Assembly: GCF_006345805.1 (NCBI RefSeq)
Contig: NC_042997.1
Coordinates: 170,376,001 to 170,440,000 of the forward strand
Reading direction: 5' to 3'
Source of the DNA: Octopus sinensis
Taxonomy: Eukaryota
DNA: 64,000 nucleotides
Shown piece by piece: positions 25,860 through 37,683 of this stretch. A program made the translations under genes and the position numbers. Position 1 is the stretch's first letter, and each line of letters begins with the position of its first letter. A model generated the notes under the pieces. It searched no databases. It was not told where the DNA came from and saw only the letters and a list, made by a program, of their open reading frames with translations.

Positions 25860-26250
25860 TAGCTACCTAAGTGAATGGAATGAAGAGGTTAGTAGAGAAT
25901 AGATTGAGACAGGAATAGAGAATAAAGGAGAATATACAATTGAGTATTTAGCAACAATAAAATAGAGAATATAGTTGAGAATGTAGTTACAATGGAATAG
26001 AGAATATAGTAGAGAACAGAATAGAGAATAGTGTGAGGGAGGTGTTAGGAATAGATTGATATTAGAATATAGAAGAGTATAGTGTAGGAAACAGAATGAT
26101 GAATAGTGTTGATAATGTTATAGTGAACAAAGAAGTGAATAGGATAGAGAATTTAATAAAGAATAGTTAAGAAGAATGCACTGTAGAGTTTAGAGTAGAT
26201 GATAAAACAGAGAATGGAGTAAAAAAGTGGGTAGAAAGTAGAGGGATAGT
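25860..26250. repeat. Purine-rich degenerate (AGAATAG)-type low-complexity tract
   Basis: visible directly. Confidence 0.7.
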
Positions 26251-26256
26251 GTTGAG

Positions 26257-26529
26257 CAGGGGTGAGCAGCCTTTTTCTAGCAGCAGACCTTCTGAGATTT
26301 TTTTTTCATAAATTTGATCACACTACAAAATGAATAATTTAATATCACATGTTGTTATAGAGTACTCCATAAATCATGTTGAACAAACCACAAAACAAAA
26401 AAATAGTCTGACTGACAGAGTGTATTAATTTTAGTAAAATATGTTTATGTAATCATGGCATAATATGTGTCACGTAAGCAGTCATTGAGAGCTGCTTGTG
26501 GTTCAAATATCACTGGTTGCCCATGCATG
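26257..26529. mobile_element. hAT-type MITE 1
   Basis: TIRs caggggtgagcagcc / ggttgcccatgcatg; 8-bp TSD gtgttgag / gtgtagag. Confidence 0.65.
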
Positions 26530-26537
26530 GTGTAGAG

Positions 26538-26773
26538 CAGTGGTTCTCAATCAGAGTCCACATGACCCTTGGGGATCCATCTAAAAATTTTGTTATTAAA
26601 ATTCATGTGCAATAAATTGCTTATACACTTCTATAATACACAAAATATTAAAATTTTTTTAATACAATTCCCAATGTATGTTTTTTTTATGTACAGTAAG
26701 TGGTTCTAGAGGTCCAGTATAGTAAAATAGGAATCAAAGAGGTCCACAGTCAATAGATGGTTGAGAATCACTA
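26538..26773. mobile_element. hAT (Charlie-like) MITE 2
   Basis: TIRs cagtggttctcaatc / ggttgagaatcacta; 8-bp TSD gtgtagag / gtgtggag. Confidence 0.78.
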
Positions 26774-27652
26774 GTGTGGAGAGAAAAGAAGAGAATATAA
26801 TACAGAATATTGTCTAAGATTGGTTTAAAATTTGTAAATTGTCTTTGATGCTGCTCCAGACAATGAGACTAATGTATGTAAGGCCAAGGTAACAGCAACT
26901 TGGCTAATTACTTGAGGCACCACATGCTAAAGGGCACCTCTTGTTGTGTTTGAGATCTTCCAAATATAAAGGGGAAGTTTAAGTGTTATTCACAGGTGTG
27001 ATCTCTTGAATGGACTAGCTATTGCAGAAGTATTATTTCCATGAGATGGAAAACTTCTGAGAGAAGCTGATAGATTCATCAACAATAATAATTTATTGAA
27101 TGATGTGCTAAATCTGTGGATTTCATTATGAATAATGCTTTTGATTTCTTTAACTTTGGCCACATGAAAGTTAAACTTTTAGCCAGGTAAAGCTTATAAA
27201 GACATTTATTGCCTTCCATGACTCAAGACAAATTAGATTCTTTGGCAATTTTGTCAATGGTAAATGATATTGTTAGAAGAGTAGATAGATAAACAAAATA
27301 CTATAAAAGCATTTGCAGAGATGTGTTTCAGAATAATCTGTTTTTCAACATTTGTTCTTTTGCTCAAGTTTTTAATTACGAGAAATTTGTTCCCTCTGCA
27401 GGAAATCAACGACACTCTTTGGAATCTCTCACTCACCTATCCTCCATTCAGCACTTGTCTCAAAATTGTCTAGACCATTTCTAATTATGTAGATATGCTC
27501 CCCACCCGCTAGATTTTTCCTTATGTAGTTATATGAATGAAAGTATTTGAAACTTTTATGCTAAGTTTGAACTTTTCTCTTTAGTTTGTATATTGTAATA
27601 AATACTTTATTTCTATATTTGAAGCTTTTGTGTGAAAATTAAAAATATGTAT

Positions 27653-27812
27653 AGGTGCAGGAGAGACTGTGTAGTAAGTAGCTTGTTTACCAAGCACATG
27701 ACTCTGGGTTCAGTCTCACTGCATGGCACCTTGAGCAAGTGTCTTTTACTATAGCCTCGGGCCGACTAAAGCCTTGTGAGTGGATTTGGTAGACAGAAAC
27801 TGAAAGAAGCCC

Positions 27813-27869
<57 letters not shown>

Positions 27870-28057
27870 ATGTGTGTCTGTGTTTGCCCCCCACCATTAT
27901 TTGACAACCGATGTTGGTGTATTTACGTTTTCATAACTTAACAGTTCGTCAAAAGAGACCGATGGAATAAGTACTAGGCTTAAAGAATAAGTCCTGGGGT
28001 CAATGTGTTCAACTAAAGGTGGTGCTCCTGCATGGCCACAGTCAAACAAATAAAAGA
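27653..28057 (+). mobile_element. SINE family A
   Basis: tRNA-like head, ggcaccttgagcaagtgtc CORE-like segment, internal (TG)n. Confidence 0.88.
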
Positions 28058-28770
28058 CTTCTTTTCTTGAGCGGGGCACATGTCCCTCAAGTTCCCCCTT
28101 GGGTCTGCCCCTGACATTTCACTTCAAATGGCTCATTGTGTCTTGATGGGTGGAGTCATGTCACAATCTTATTTCTCCTTTATGAGGCTAAGATCTTGTA
28201 CCTGTGTAAGGTATATGTTGAAAATGTGACATCAGAAAATGATTGGAGAGTATACCATATGAAATTACATTTCATATTGTATACTGTAGTGTGATGGAGG
28301 AAAAGGACAACAGAAAAAGAAGCAAACGGGAGAAAGAAATACAAAAGGCCTTACCTGTTGACCTCGGCAGAATGAGCGATCACTCTCAAGAAATAAACAC
28401 GTCTTTGCTCGCTGCTGTCTCTGCTCGAACTGACCACACGTGCTTCCTGCCCATGCATGCCCCTTGAATGTGCCATAGGCCTCTGCAGTCTTCACTTCCG
28501 TCTACCTCATCTGCAATCCCCTCCACCAACACCACATAGCTCATCACAGCCCATAACAACACTAACACCACATATACTCTTAGCACCATCTTCTGGTATA
28601 TTTATCAACACTATCTTCTTAATCTTCATTATTATTATTAACATTTTGACATCTGTTTTCCTACGTTGTAAAGTGTTAATGCAATGAAATGTTGCCTGGG
28701 ACACTTGTGTAAAAGTGACGAATATTAAAATTGAGTCCATTTTTTTTGTCTATTTTTGACTGATATCAAG

Positions 28771-28877
28771 GTGACAAGAAGCTACGTGAAGTAGACTATG
28801 TGGGTAGCGTCCAATCCCTAAAGATGAATGGCATTTATGTGGCTGCACATATAGGAGATAAAATTCATCTGCATATT
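28771..28877 (+). CDS. WDR19: WDR19 exon, (G)DKKLREVDYVGSVQSLKMNGIYVAAHIGDKIHLHI
   Basis: atatcaag acceptor / ATT|gtaagt; aligns to [34 protein letters not shown]; 107 nt, phase 1 in, phase 0 out. Confidence 0.92.
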
Positions 28878-28969
28878 GTAAGTATATATTGGTGTGAGTT
28901 TTTTGTTTGTATTTTCACTTTACACACATATACACTCATGCATACACATTTTGTATAGGTGTGTATCTA

Positions 28970-29167
28970 TGATGGAAATTTCCTGGCTTTAAGGGCCTGG
29001 TTGGAGGCCCAACCTTCTGAGTTCTTTTACAGGGCTTAGAAAAACTGAAGGACCACTGCAATAAGTGTGTGAACCAGAGAAGGGGAATATATTGAATAAA
29101 ACCATAATTAACTGATCCTTCTGTATTTTCTTTTACCCAAAGGCAGGAACTTTTCAGCATCCCCTCA
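28970..29167. mobile_element. Mariner-derived MITE (same family as 61441-61934)
   Basis: TA-flanked; right TIR aggaacttttcagcatcccctca. Confidence 0.7.
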
Positions 29168-30008
29168 TATATAGATTTCTCTCTATACATATACATGTGT
29201 TTGTATACATACATACCCACACAGATATACCCGTATATTTCCCCTCCCCAACCACCTGTACAATTCCTGCCTTCTTCCTATCATACTTCTAATCCTTTCA
29301 TTCTCCCCGCCCCCCTTCTGTTCTTTCTGATGTCCTTGTTCTTTCTATCTTTCCCTCTCCTGTTAATCTCCTTATTTACTAATGCTACTGTACACACCCT
29401 AATTTATTGAGTACTCTATAAACCAGCATTTGTTCCCCTTTTCTCACCTCTCAAATACCCATTTTTGGCCTTTTTACCTCTCTAAATTATATTTATCATG
29501 TATAGTAGATATAAATTTTACTGTTCTGTCTATAAAGTAGTTGGTTTAATGAACTGAGAAAGTGTAGGCCTATGAGGTCCCTCTCATCCTGTCTCACCAA
29601 GGACTGTTTAAACTCTCTAGTGCTGGTACTATGAGTGCATCATCATCATTGAGGTTCAGCTAACAAACTGAAATGGCCCTCTTTTACCATGCACTAGTAG
29701 CATGTAAAAAATGTATTCATGTTCTTATTTCATTCACATTTTGTAATGTTTAAATGTGTACTTCATTTCTTCTGATTTACAGTATGTTGTGCATAACACA
29801 CACTTGTGCATGTATGCATGCAGTATGCTAATGTCAAGATGAGAAGAAATACACACATGTATATGACAGATTTCTTCTAATTTACAACTGCCAAATTTCA
29901 TTCACATCTTGGTCAAGCTGCAGCTATAGAAGATACAAGCTGACAGTGTCTACCCAATGGGAATGAACCCTAAGCTATGAGGTTCCAAAGGGAACTTCTT
30001 AACTTAAT

Positions 30009-30414
30009 TCTCTTTTCTCTTTTACTTGTTTCAGTCATTTGACTGCGGCCATGCTGGAGCACCGCCTTTAGTCGAGCAAATCGACCCCAGGACTTATTCT
30101 TTGTAAGCCCAGTACTTATTCTATCGGTCTCTTTTGTCAAACCACTAAGTGACGGCGACGTAAACACACCAGCATCGGTTGTCAAGCAATGCTAGGGGGA
30201 CAAACACAGACACACAAACACATACACACACATATATATATATACATATATACGACAGGCTTCTTTCAGTTTCTGTCTACCAAATCCACTCACAAGGCAT
30301 TGGTCGGCCCGGGGCTATAGCAGAAGACACTTGCCCAAGATGCCACGCAGTGGGACTGAACCCGGAACCATGTGGTTGGTAAGCAAGCTACTTACCACAC
30401 AGCCACTCCTTCGC
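30009..30414 (-). mobile_element. SINE family A
   Basis: reverse complement of the 62818-63230 family. Confidence 0.9.
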
Positions 30415-30868
30415 TAATGGTGATATTATTCTTTCTTTTTCACTTGCTGTGATCTGAAGGAAGAAGCAATACTCATACCCTCCTTTGAAGGCCCTCCTAG
30501 ACTTATTGTTTGGAGGTATAAGTACACATATAAAAATATAACTATTGATTATATGAATACATACATATGCACCTGCTGCTTGGATAGATAAATACACTTA
30601 CTTAGGTTTATAGTGCTTTTAGCTTTAAACATTTGCTGCATCTGAAGGAAGGAGCAGTACACATGGCACAGCTTTTGCAGACTCATGGTGACTAATATGA
30701 TTGATGCTTTTAATATTTCTCTTGAACCGTTGCAAGTAAATACTTTCAGAAAAGACATAAGCAGAGTAGATTTTCTGATGGTCAGCATTCTGGGTAGAAG
30801 TGCCTGAGTGTGGAACCTTGGGTATTGGACACAACCAGGTGAGAAAAATAAGTGGGTCAGAAATACTA

Positions 30869-31104
30869 ATTTCTTTATTGCCCTCAAGGGGCTAAAGATA
30901 GAGGGGACAAAGAAGGACAGACAAACGGATTAAGTTGATTATATCGACCCCAGTGCGTAACTGGTACTTATTTAATCGACCTTGAAAGGATGAAAGGCAA
31001 AGTCGACCATGGCAGAATTTGAACTCAGAACGTAACGGCAGATAAAATACCACTAAGCATTTCGCCCGGCGTGCTAACGATTTTGCCTGCTCGTCGCCTT
31101 GATA
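30869..31104 (-). mobile_element. SINE family B (Meta-domain-like) with 16-bp TSD
   Basis: TSD tgggtcagaaatacta at 30853-30868 and 31105-31120; central gcctttcatcctttc...gtcgat...aagtaccag. Confidence 0.88.
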
Positions 31105-31304
31105 TGGGTCAGAAATACTATTTTCAAAAGAACAGAGCCATTACAGTAGCTGTAAAAAAGGCATAGAAAGAGAGAGAAGGAGCATACCTGTGGGTCTGAG
31201 GGTAGAGCATGTCTGTGAGTGCTGTTTTGCCAATCAGTTGAGTGTTCCTATTCTGGCTGTAGTCTAGGATCTCTTCTTGTGCCACAGAACCTTCTCTGAT
31301 ATTA

Positions 31305-31742
31305 ATAATGAAATTATTGTATACAGTGCTAAGGTGCACTACAACTTGTCAAAAGTGCGTATAAAGAATATGCAGTAATGTACAAATGCCTGGAAAGTGA
31401 ACAGTGTATGAGTCAGATACATGCTTGCGTGTGTATAGAGGGGAGAAAAAATAAGGTGTAGTGTTGGTGAATCTCAGGAAGCATGGAAGTTTTGAAGGAT
31501 GCCGTGCTCCAACAACTAACAACTGATGCCGGCAGTCTGTTCCATGCTTCAGCAACTCTTAGTGTGAAAAAAGGTTTCCGAAAGTCATGGGAGCTGTGCT
31601 GTTTTCTGACTTTGTAAACATGTCCACCGGTGTTAGACAGCTGGTGTTTGAAAAGGTGCTCAGAGTTATTGTTAGTAGGATGGTTAATAATTTTATGAGT
31701 GTCTGCCAAGTCAGCTGCCAGACGTCGGAGTTTCAATGTGTA
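31305..31742 (-). mobile_element. CR1-clade LINE 3' fragment (same family as 3273-4190)
   Basis: LKLRRLAADLADTHKIINH...FFTLRVAEAWNRLP. Confidence 0.85.
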
Positions 31743-31994
31743 GTCTTTACTTGATAAGTACACATAGATAGACTTATGGCTGGGATAGCTACAAGTCAGT
31801 TTATGTTCAGTTACATATGTTTGTAGCTTGGCTAGATACTTAAACATAGACTTACAGCTTGGTTGTATAAGTACACATATATAGATTTAGAGCTTGGATA
31901 GATATGTTCATATATGTACGCTTACATCTTGTACTCTTGCTATTAAGTAGCATCAGATGTTCTAATATTTTGATGATATTTTGTATTTGTCAAG

Positions 31995-32117
31995 CTCGAT
32001 GCTAATAATTGTGAAAATGATGAATTCAAACAGAAGCAGTCTCGTCTCTTTGAAGGCAACAAGTCTCATATTACACATCATGCAATGACTGAAGACTTTT
32101 TAATATTCTGCACCAGT
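31995..32117 (+). CDS. WDR19: WDR19 exon, LDANNCENDEFKQKQSRLFEGNKSHITHHAMTEDFLIFCTS
   Basis: tttgtcaag / AGT|gtaagt; aligns to ERETRLFP...ILCHALTSDFLIYGTD; 123 nt. Confidence 0.9.
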
Positions 32118-32199
32118 GTAAGTTGTATTATACGTTATTTATATGTGTGTGTTTATGTGGTGTATGTGTTGTTGCCTGTATTTTTATGTATGAATATGA

Positions 32200-32300
32200 A
32201 TATATGTATTTATATATATATATGTATATATATATATATACACACACACATTATATCATTATATAATATATAATAATAATTATAATAATATCTATCTATC

Positions 32301-32346
<46 letters not shown>

Positions 32347-32394
32347 TATGTTTGGTTGTATATATATATGTGTGTCTATGTAATCACATATATT

Positions 32395-32437
<43 letters not shown>

Positions 32438-32662
32438 GCATACATACATATATGTATATATATTTGTATATGTATCATCATTATCATTTAACGTCTGTTA
32501 AATGATGATGATTATGATATATAAATATATATATATACATATATGTATGTATTTATATACACATACATATATACATATGTATGTGTGTATATACACATGT
32601 ATGTGTGTGTATATATATATATTATATATATATATATATATGTATATTATATATATATATAT
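32200..32662. repeat. Compound (TA)n/(TG)n/(CA)n microsatellite cluster
   Basis: visible directly. Confidence 0.9.
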
Positions 32663-33040
32663 ATCATCATCATCATTGTCGTCGTTTAATCTCCGCTTTC
32701 CAAGCTGGCATGGGTTGGACGGTTTGACTGAAGACTGGTGAGCCATAAGGATGCACCAGGCTCCAATCTGATCTGGCAAAGTTTCTACAGCTGGATGTCC
32801 TTCCTAATGCCAACCACTCTGAGAGTGGGTGCTTTTACATGCCACTGGCACGAGGGCCAGTCAGGCAATTCTGGCAACGATCACACTCAAAAGGTGTTTT
32901 TTATGTGCTACCTGCATAGGAGCCAGTCTAGCGGCACTGGCAATGACCACACTCGAATGTTTTTTGTCATGTGCTGGTAAGGCGACACTGGCAACGATCA
33001 TGCTCAAATGGTGTTTTTATGTGCCACCTGCACAGGAGCT
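32660..33040 (-). mobile_element. RTE 3'-tail fragment in (TA)n
   Basis: shared tail plus UTR units. Confidence 0.83.
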
Positions 33041-34249
33041 ATATATATATATAAATAGATTTTTGTGTTTGTGTCTCATCATCATCATCATCATCATTTA
33101 ATGTCTGTTTTCCATGCTGGCATGGTCTGGACTGTTTTACAGAAACTAGTCAGCTACAATGCCACATCAAGCTCCAATGTCATTTTTGACATGGTTTGTA
33201 TGCCTGGATGTTCTAGATGCCAACTATTTTACAGTGTGTACTGGGTGCATTTTTTGCTACGAACATGAGTGAGGTAGCCATGTAATTTTGAAGACAAAAT
33301 AGAAAAGGAAAATGAATCAGGAAGAAGCTCCCACTACTAATAGAAAATATTTGGGAGTGGAATGTCGAGGTGGGTGGCTTTATGACAGGTGTTGAAAGGC
33401 TAAAGTCTAGGGACAAGCACAGGTGTCTTCCTATAGGGGAGATACATGGCCAAAGGAGATAAAAGGAAGGTAGTGATTGGTTGCTAGGGCAAACTCTCAA
33501 GGTACAGGAAGGTGGGCATAAGGGCGGATATGGTCAATAGATCATGGGTGGGGATGAGAGAGACTAGATGCTTTCATAAGAGTGTGAATGTGAATGGGGA
33601 GTAAACAGTTGGAGATAGATGCATTATGTCTGTAAAAAAAAGAAAAAAGAGAAATGGAATGACCATGGCTGAAACATCTTTGATCATTGGTCTGTGTTAT
33701 CAGACAGAGCTGACTGTAGGCTAAAAACAAATCAGTGAACAAGCCTACACATGGTTGCTCAACATGCTAGAAATAGCAGCCAAGCCTTTAACTCACCACC
33801 ACCTCCGCCACTGCCACCACCACCACCACCACTTACTTGGCTTGACAGGTCTACACAAGCACAGTATATCGCCAAAGTCTTGGTCACCTGTCTCTGCCTC
33901 CATGAGGCCCAACACTCGAACAGTGCTTTTTATATGCCACCAGTATGGGTGCCAGTCAGACAGCACTGGCATCAGCCATGACTACAATTTCACTCGGCTT
34001 CAAGCACAGCATATTGCCCAATGTTTGAAGGGTACTTTTAACGTGCCAGTTATGCAACATTGGCATCAGCCACGACTTTAATTCACTTGACTTGATGTGT
34101 CTTTTCAAGCATGGCATTCTAAAATGCAAAGATATACTACATAATTATAATGTAGTCCTAGATACACTATGCCTCTATAAATCATAATCTTTGTCTTTTA
34201 ATGTATGATTCATATGAATTTGTTATTTTTTATTTTTGGTTTCATACAG

Positions 34250-34396
34250 TCTGGATTGCTGCAGTATTTTTACATGGATGACTGGAAGTTTGTTAATGAA
34301 TATAAACATACTTGTGGCATTCTCAAGGTCTTCCCTCATTCTATGGGAAATCTCATTTTTATTGATGACAAATTTGATGGATTTGTTTATAATCCG
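34250..34396 (+). CDS. WDR19: WDR19 exon, SGLLQYFYMDDWKFVNEYKHTCGILKVFPHSMGNLIFIDDKFDGFVYNP
   Basis: ttcatacag / CCG|gtgagt; matches GVVQYFYIEDWQFVNDYRH...FIDEKSDGFVYCP; 147 nt. Confidence 0.97.
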
Positions 34397-34477
34397 GTGA
34401 GTTATTTTTGCTGAACTTTGCTAAATCCTTGCCAGATAATATTTGGAATTAAATTTTTTATGTATTTTAAAAACTTG

Positions 34478-34513
<36 letters not shown>

Positions 34514-34700
34514 ATGTGTGTGCTGTATGTGAAAGTGTGCTGTGTGAGAGAGAGAGTTTGTGTGTGTGTGAGAGAGAGAGAGTGTGCTGTGTGTGAAAGT
34601 GTGCTTTGTGTGTGTATGTGTGAGTGTACTGTGTGTGTGAAAGAGAGAGTGTGTGTGTGTGAGTGTGAGTATGTGTGTATGAGGGCATGTATGTATGTGT
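34478..34700. repeat. (TG)n/(GA)n microsatellite cluster
   Basis: visible directly. Confidence 0.9.
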
Positions 34701-35129
34701 GTATTTGCATTTTTGTATGCGTTTATCTGTGTCATTGTATACATAGCTTGTTTGTATAGCCTTATGTGTATATGTGTTTATGCCTCTTGTGGTGTGTGCA
34801 CATTGTATTCTCCAGTTTATAATTAAGGCTTCCATAATAGGGAATTTCAACTGGTTTCGTATAAAAATAATCAATAGTTCATTCGAAATAACAGTGAAGA
34901 TTTTTGTTAATGAGATTACATGATAATTTCATTTTATGTATTTATTTAATTACCAACCAAATTAAATGGAATTGGAATGGTAAAAATGGCTGTGTGCCAA
35001 ACTAAATATCTTGTATTAGATCTCTTTGTATTCTTAGTTCAAATCCTGCCAAGGTGCACTATGTCTTATCTCACTTGGGGATTGACAAATGCAGTAATAG
35101 TAAAATAAACAATTTGTTTTATATTCCTT

Positions 35130-35325
35130 CATCATCATCATCGTTGTTTAACGTCCGTTTTCCATGCTAGCATGGGATGGACGGTTCGACCGGGATCTGG
35201 GAAGCCAGGAGGGTGCACCAGGCTCCAGTCTGATCTGGCAGTGTTTCTACAGCTGGATGCACTGCCAGATCAGACTGGAGCCTGGTGCAGCCTCCTGGCT
35301 TCCCAGACCCCGGTCGAACCGTCCA
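35130..35325 (-). mobile_element. RTE tail fragment with inverted self-duplication (66-bp hairpin)
   Basis: 35178-35243 and 35260-35325 are reverse complements at 64/66 positions. Confidence 0.92.
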
Positions 35326-35540
35326 CCGTAATTTAGAGATCTTGTTCAAATTTCTCACATTTGCATGTAATTACCAAAGACAGCTTTCACACTTGTACAC
35401 TACACATAGATATAGATTGGTGATTATTTGTGCTTACAGTATAAAAGTATTCAATCCTTAAAGTTGAATGTATATATTTTATTAGAAGCTGAAATTTTAT
35501 GATATCAAATTATTGAAGTAGGTATGGAGAGTGACGACAT

Positions 35541-36211
35541 TTGAGGGAAAGTCAAAAATTATCTGCACTTTCACCATAACATATTTTTATTATTATCACA
35601 CTGCCTTCTGCACATGCATGCTTATAGTTGGTGCTATTGTGGTCACGTGATTGAATTTTGAGCCTGATCACACCATTTTACTTTCTTGCTTTACAGTGTA
35701 AGCATGGCTGCTCCACTAGCAATGAGCACCAAAGAAGAACAAAGAACAGCGATCCGAGAGATGGTAATGGTGAACTGGTTCACCATTACCATCTCTCGAG
35801 CTTGCTGAATCTTCTCATCAGTGGTGGAGGTTGACAGGCGCCCTGCTCCTTCTTTGTGTGTCACAATTGTCTGGGCACTTTTAAACTTCTCAATCCTCTC
35901 ATATACACTTCTATGTGGTAGTGCAGTGTCCCTGTATTGTCCTGAAAGCCTCTGATGAATTTCAGTACCTGACACACCTTTTGACCAGAGAAATTGGATC
36001 ACTTCTCTTTGTTCTTTTTTGGTGCTCATTGCTAGTGGAGCAGCCATGCATACAGTGTAAAGCTAGAAAGAAAAATGGTGCAATCAAGCTCAAACTTCAA
36101 TCACATGACTACAACAGTACCAACTATAAGCACACATGCACAGAAAGCAATGTGACAATAATAAAGATATGTTATGGCAAAAGTGTGTGTAATTTTTGAC
36201 TTCTCTTCATA
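35541..36211. mobile_element. Palindromic mariner derivative made of two 5' ends
   Basis: termini (t)gagggaaagtcaaaaatta / taatttttgacttctcttca; minus-strand transposase N-terminus MAAPLAMSTKKEQREVIQFLWSKG...EIHQRL. Confidence 0.82.
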
Positions 36212-36237
36212 TAATAACAAACATATTTTACATAATA

Positions 36238-37249
36238 CTAGCAGGTGTACCCGGCGTTGCCCGGGTGTGTTAGTTTGAAAAGGCTTTGTAACTAATAAAG
36301 CGATTAACACTCACTCCCTTAAGAACCTTTCATGCTTTATGGCAAGACTAACACCTAAGTAACTCTTTAAGGGAACCACATGTGTAATATTTCAACAACA
36401 ATCAAGTAAAAAAATAAAGCAACAAAAATTATAACAGCAATAACATAGGACTGAAATATGGCACCAAAGGCGGCGAGCTGGCAGAAATGTTAGCACGCCG
36501 GGTGAAATGATTAGCAGTATTTTGTCTGCCGCTACGTTCTGAGTTCAAATTCCGCCAAGGTCGACTTTACCTTTCATCCTTTCGGGGTTGATTAAATAAG
36601 TACCAGTTATGCACTGGAGTCGATTTGTCTGTCCTTGTTTGTCCTCTCTCTGTTAGCCTCTTGTGGGTGGTAAAGAAATAGAAATATGGCACCAGTACGG
36701 AAAGTCTACAAAACTTTCTTATAAACAACATTTTTAGTTTTCCCCTGGGGGATGAAGGCATGTAAACTGTTCCTACAACGTACTCTTGAGCAGCCAACAT
36801 ACAGTTGACTGTGTGAAAAGCATGGTTTGGCTAAGTAAAGTCCAATGACAGACAGCGACTGCCCCTGGGACTTATTAAATGAACATGGCATAACTGAGTC
36901 TAATTGGAAACTGCACTCTGCGGAATGTGAATGGTAAGCCAGCATCCGAAGGCACAAGGGGAATTTGTGGTATGAAGACGTCTTGACCTTTAACACAGAC
37001 AGTCATAATCGTTGCTTCAATGACATTAGGAAGTAATTTTGTGATAACAAGGCCTGTGCTACTTGGGCAGCAGTGGCTTCATGAAATACACTCTTTGGCT
37101 GTTTTCTAGATGAATAGCAAGCTGAACAATGGCAGGATACCTTTTGTGTTTTGGAAAACCGAAAATATGCCAAAACGCTTCATTGCTGCTTATGTACTGT
37201 GCATACTGATGCACACACACACACACATTTTCAGTTTTAATATGTAAGA
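36238..37249 (-). mobile_element. Internally deleted Helitron with both canonical ends
   Basis: minus strand A|TC...hairpin acccgg-gcaacg-ccgggt...CTAG|T; Pif1-helicase remnant NKSQGQSL...CFSHSQLYVGCSRV...TKNVVYKKVL and Rep-adjacent YISSNEAFWHIFGFP...LAIHLENSQRVYF. Confidence 0.88.
36467..36680 (+). mobile_element. SINE family B nested in the Helitron, 14-bp TSD
   Basis: TSD gaaatatggcacca at 36453-36466 and 36681-36694. Confidence 0.9.
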
Positions 37250-37535
37250 TAACGGCATACAATAACAAACATATTTTATACAATATGACAATATATAATA
37301 ACAAACATAAACACATCAAAATATGTTGAGTCAGCAGTACATTAAAATTTGATTGATTGATGAAAAATGTTTGGAGAGTGCATTGCGTATTCACCCTATT
37401 CACGTTTTATACCAGTCTAGTTTAATGTGGACAACACCACTGTGTACCTATTTCTCACACTGATGCTCAAACTGCTCTGAGCAGTTGCATATTAAATGCT
37501 GTGCATTGAGATATAAATCTGATATTTCTTTGTAG

Positions 37536-37616
37536 GCAAATGACCAGGTTGTTGATGTGCCAAAGTTAGATGCCAATGTGCAAGGAGTTTTGTGGGAAAC
37601 AGACCCACGACATAAG
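37536..37616 (+). CDS. WDR19: WDR19 exon, ANDQVVDVPKLDANVQGVLWETDPRHK
   Basis: ttctttgtag / AAG|gtaaga; matches [26 protein letters not shown]; 81 nt. Confidence 0.92.
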
Positions 37617-37647
37617 GTAAGAATTTGTATGTAATGTAATGTATGTA

Positions 37648-37683
<36 letters not shown>

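Noticed and set aside
28386-28589. 67-aa minus-strand ORF with a signal-peptide-like N-terminus
   Set aside because: The hydrophobicity comes from GT-rich low-complexity sequence; no recognisable family and no supporting promoter or polyA evidence.
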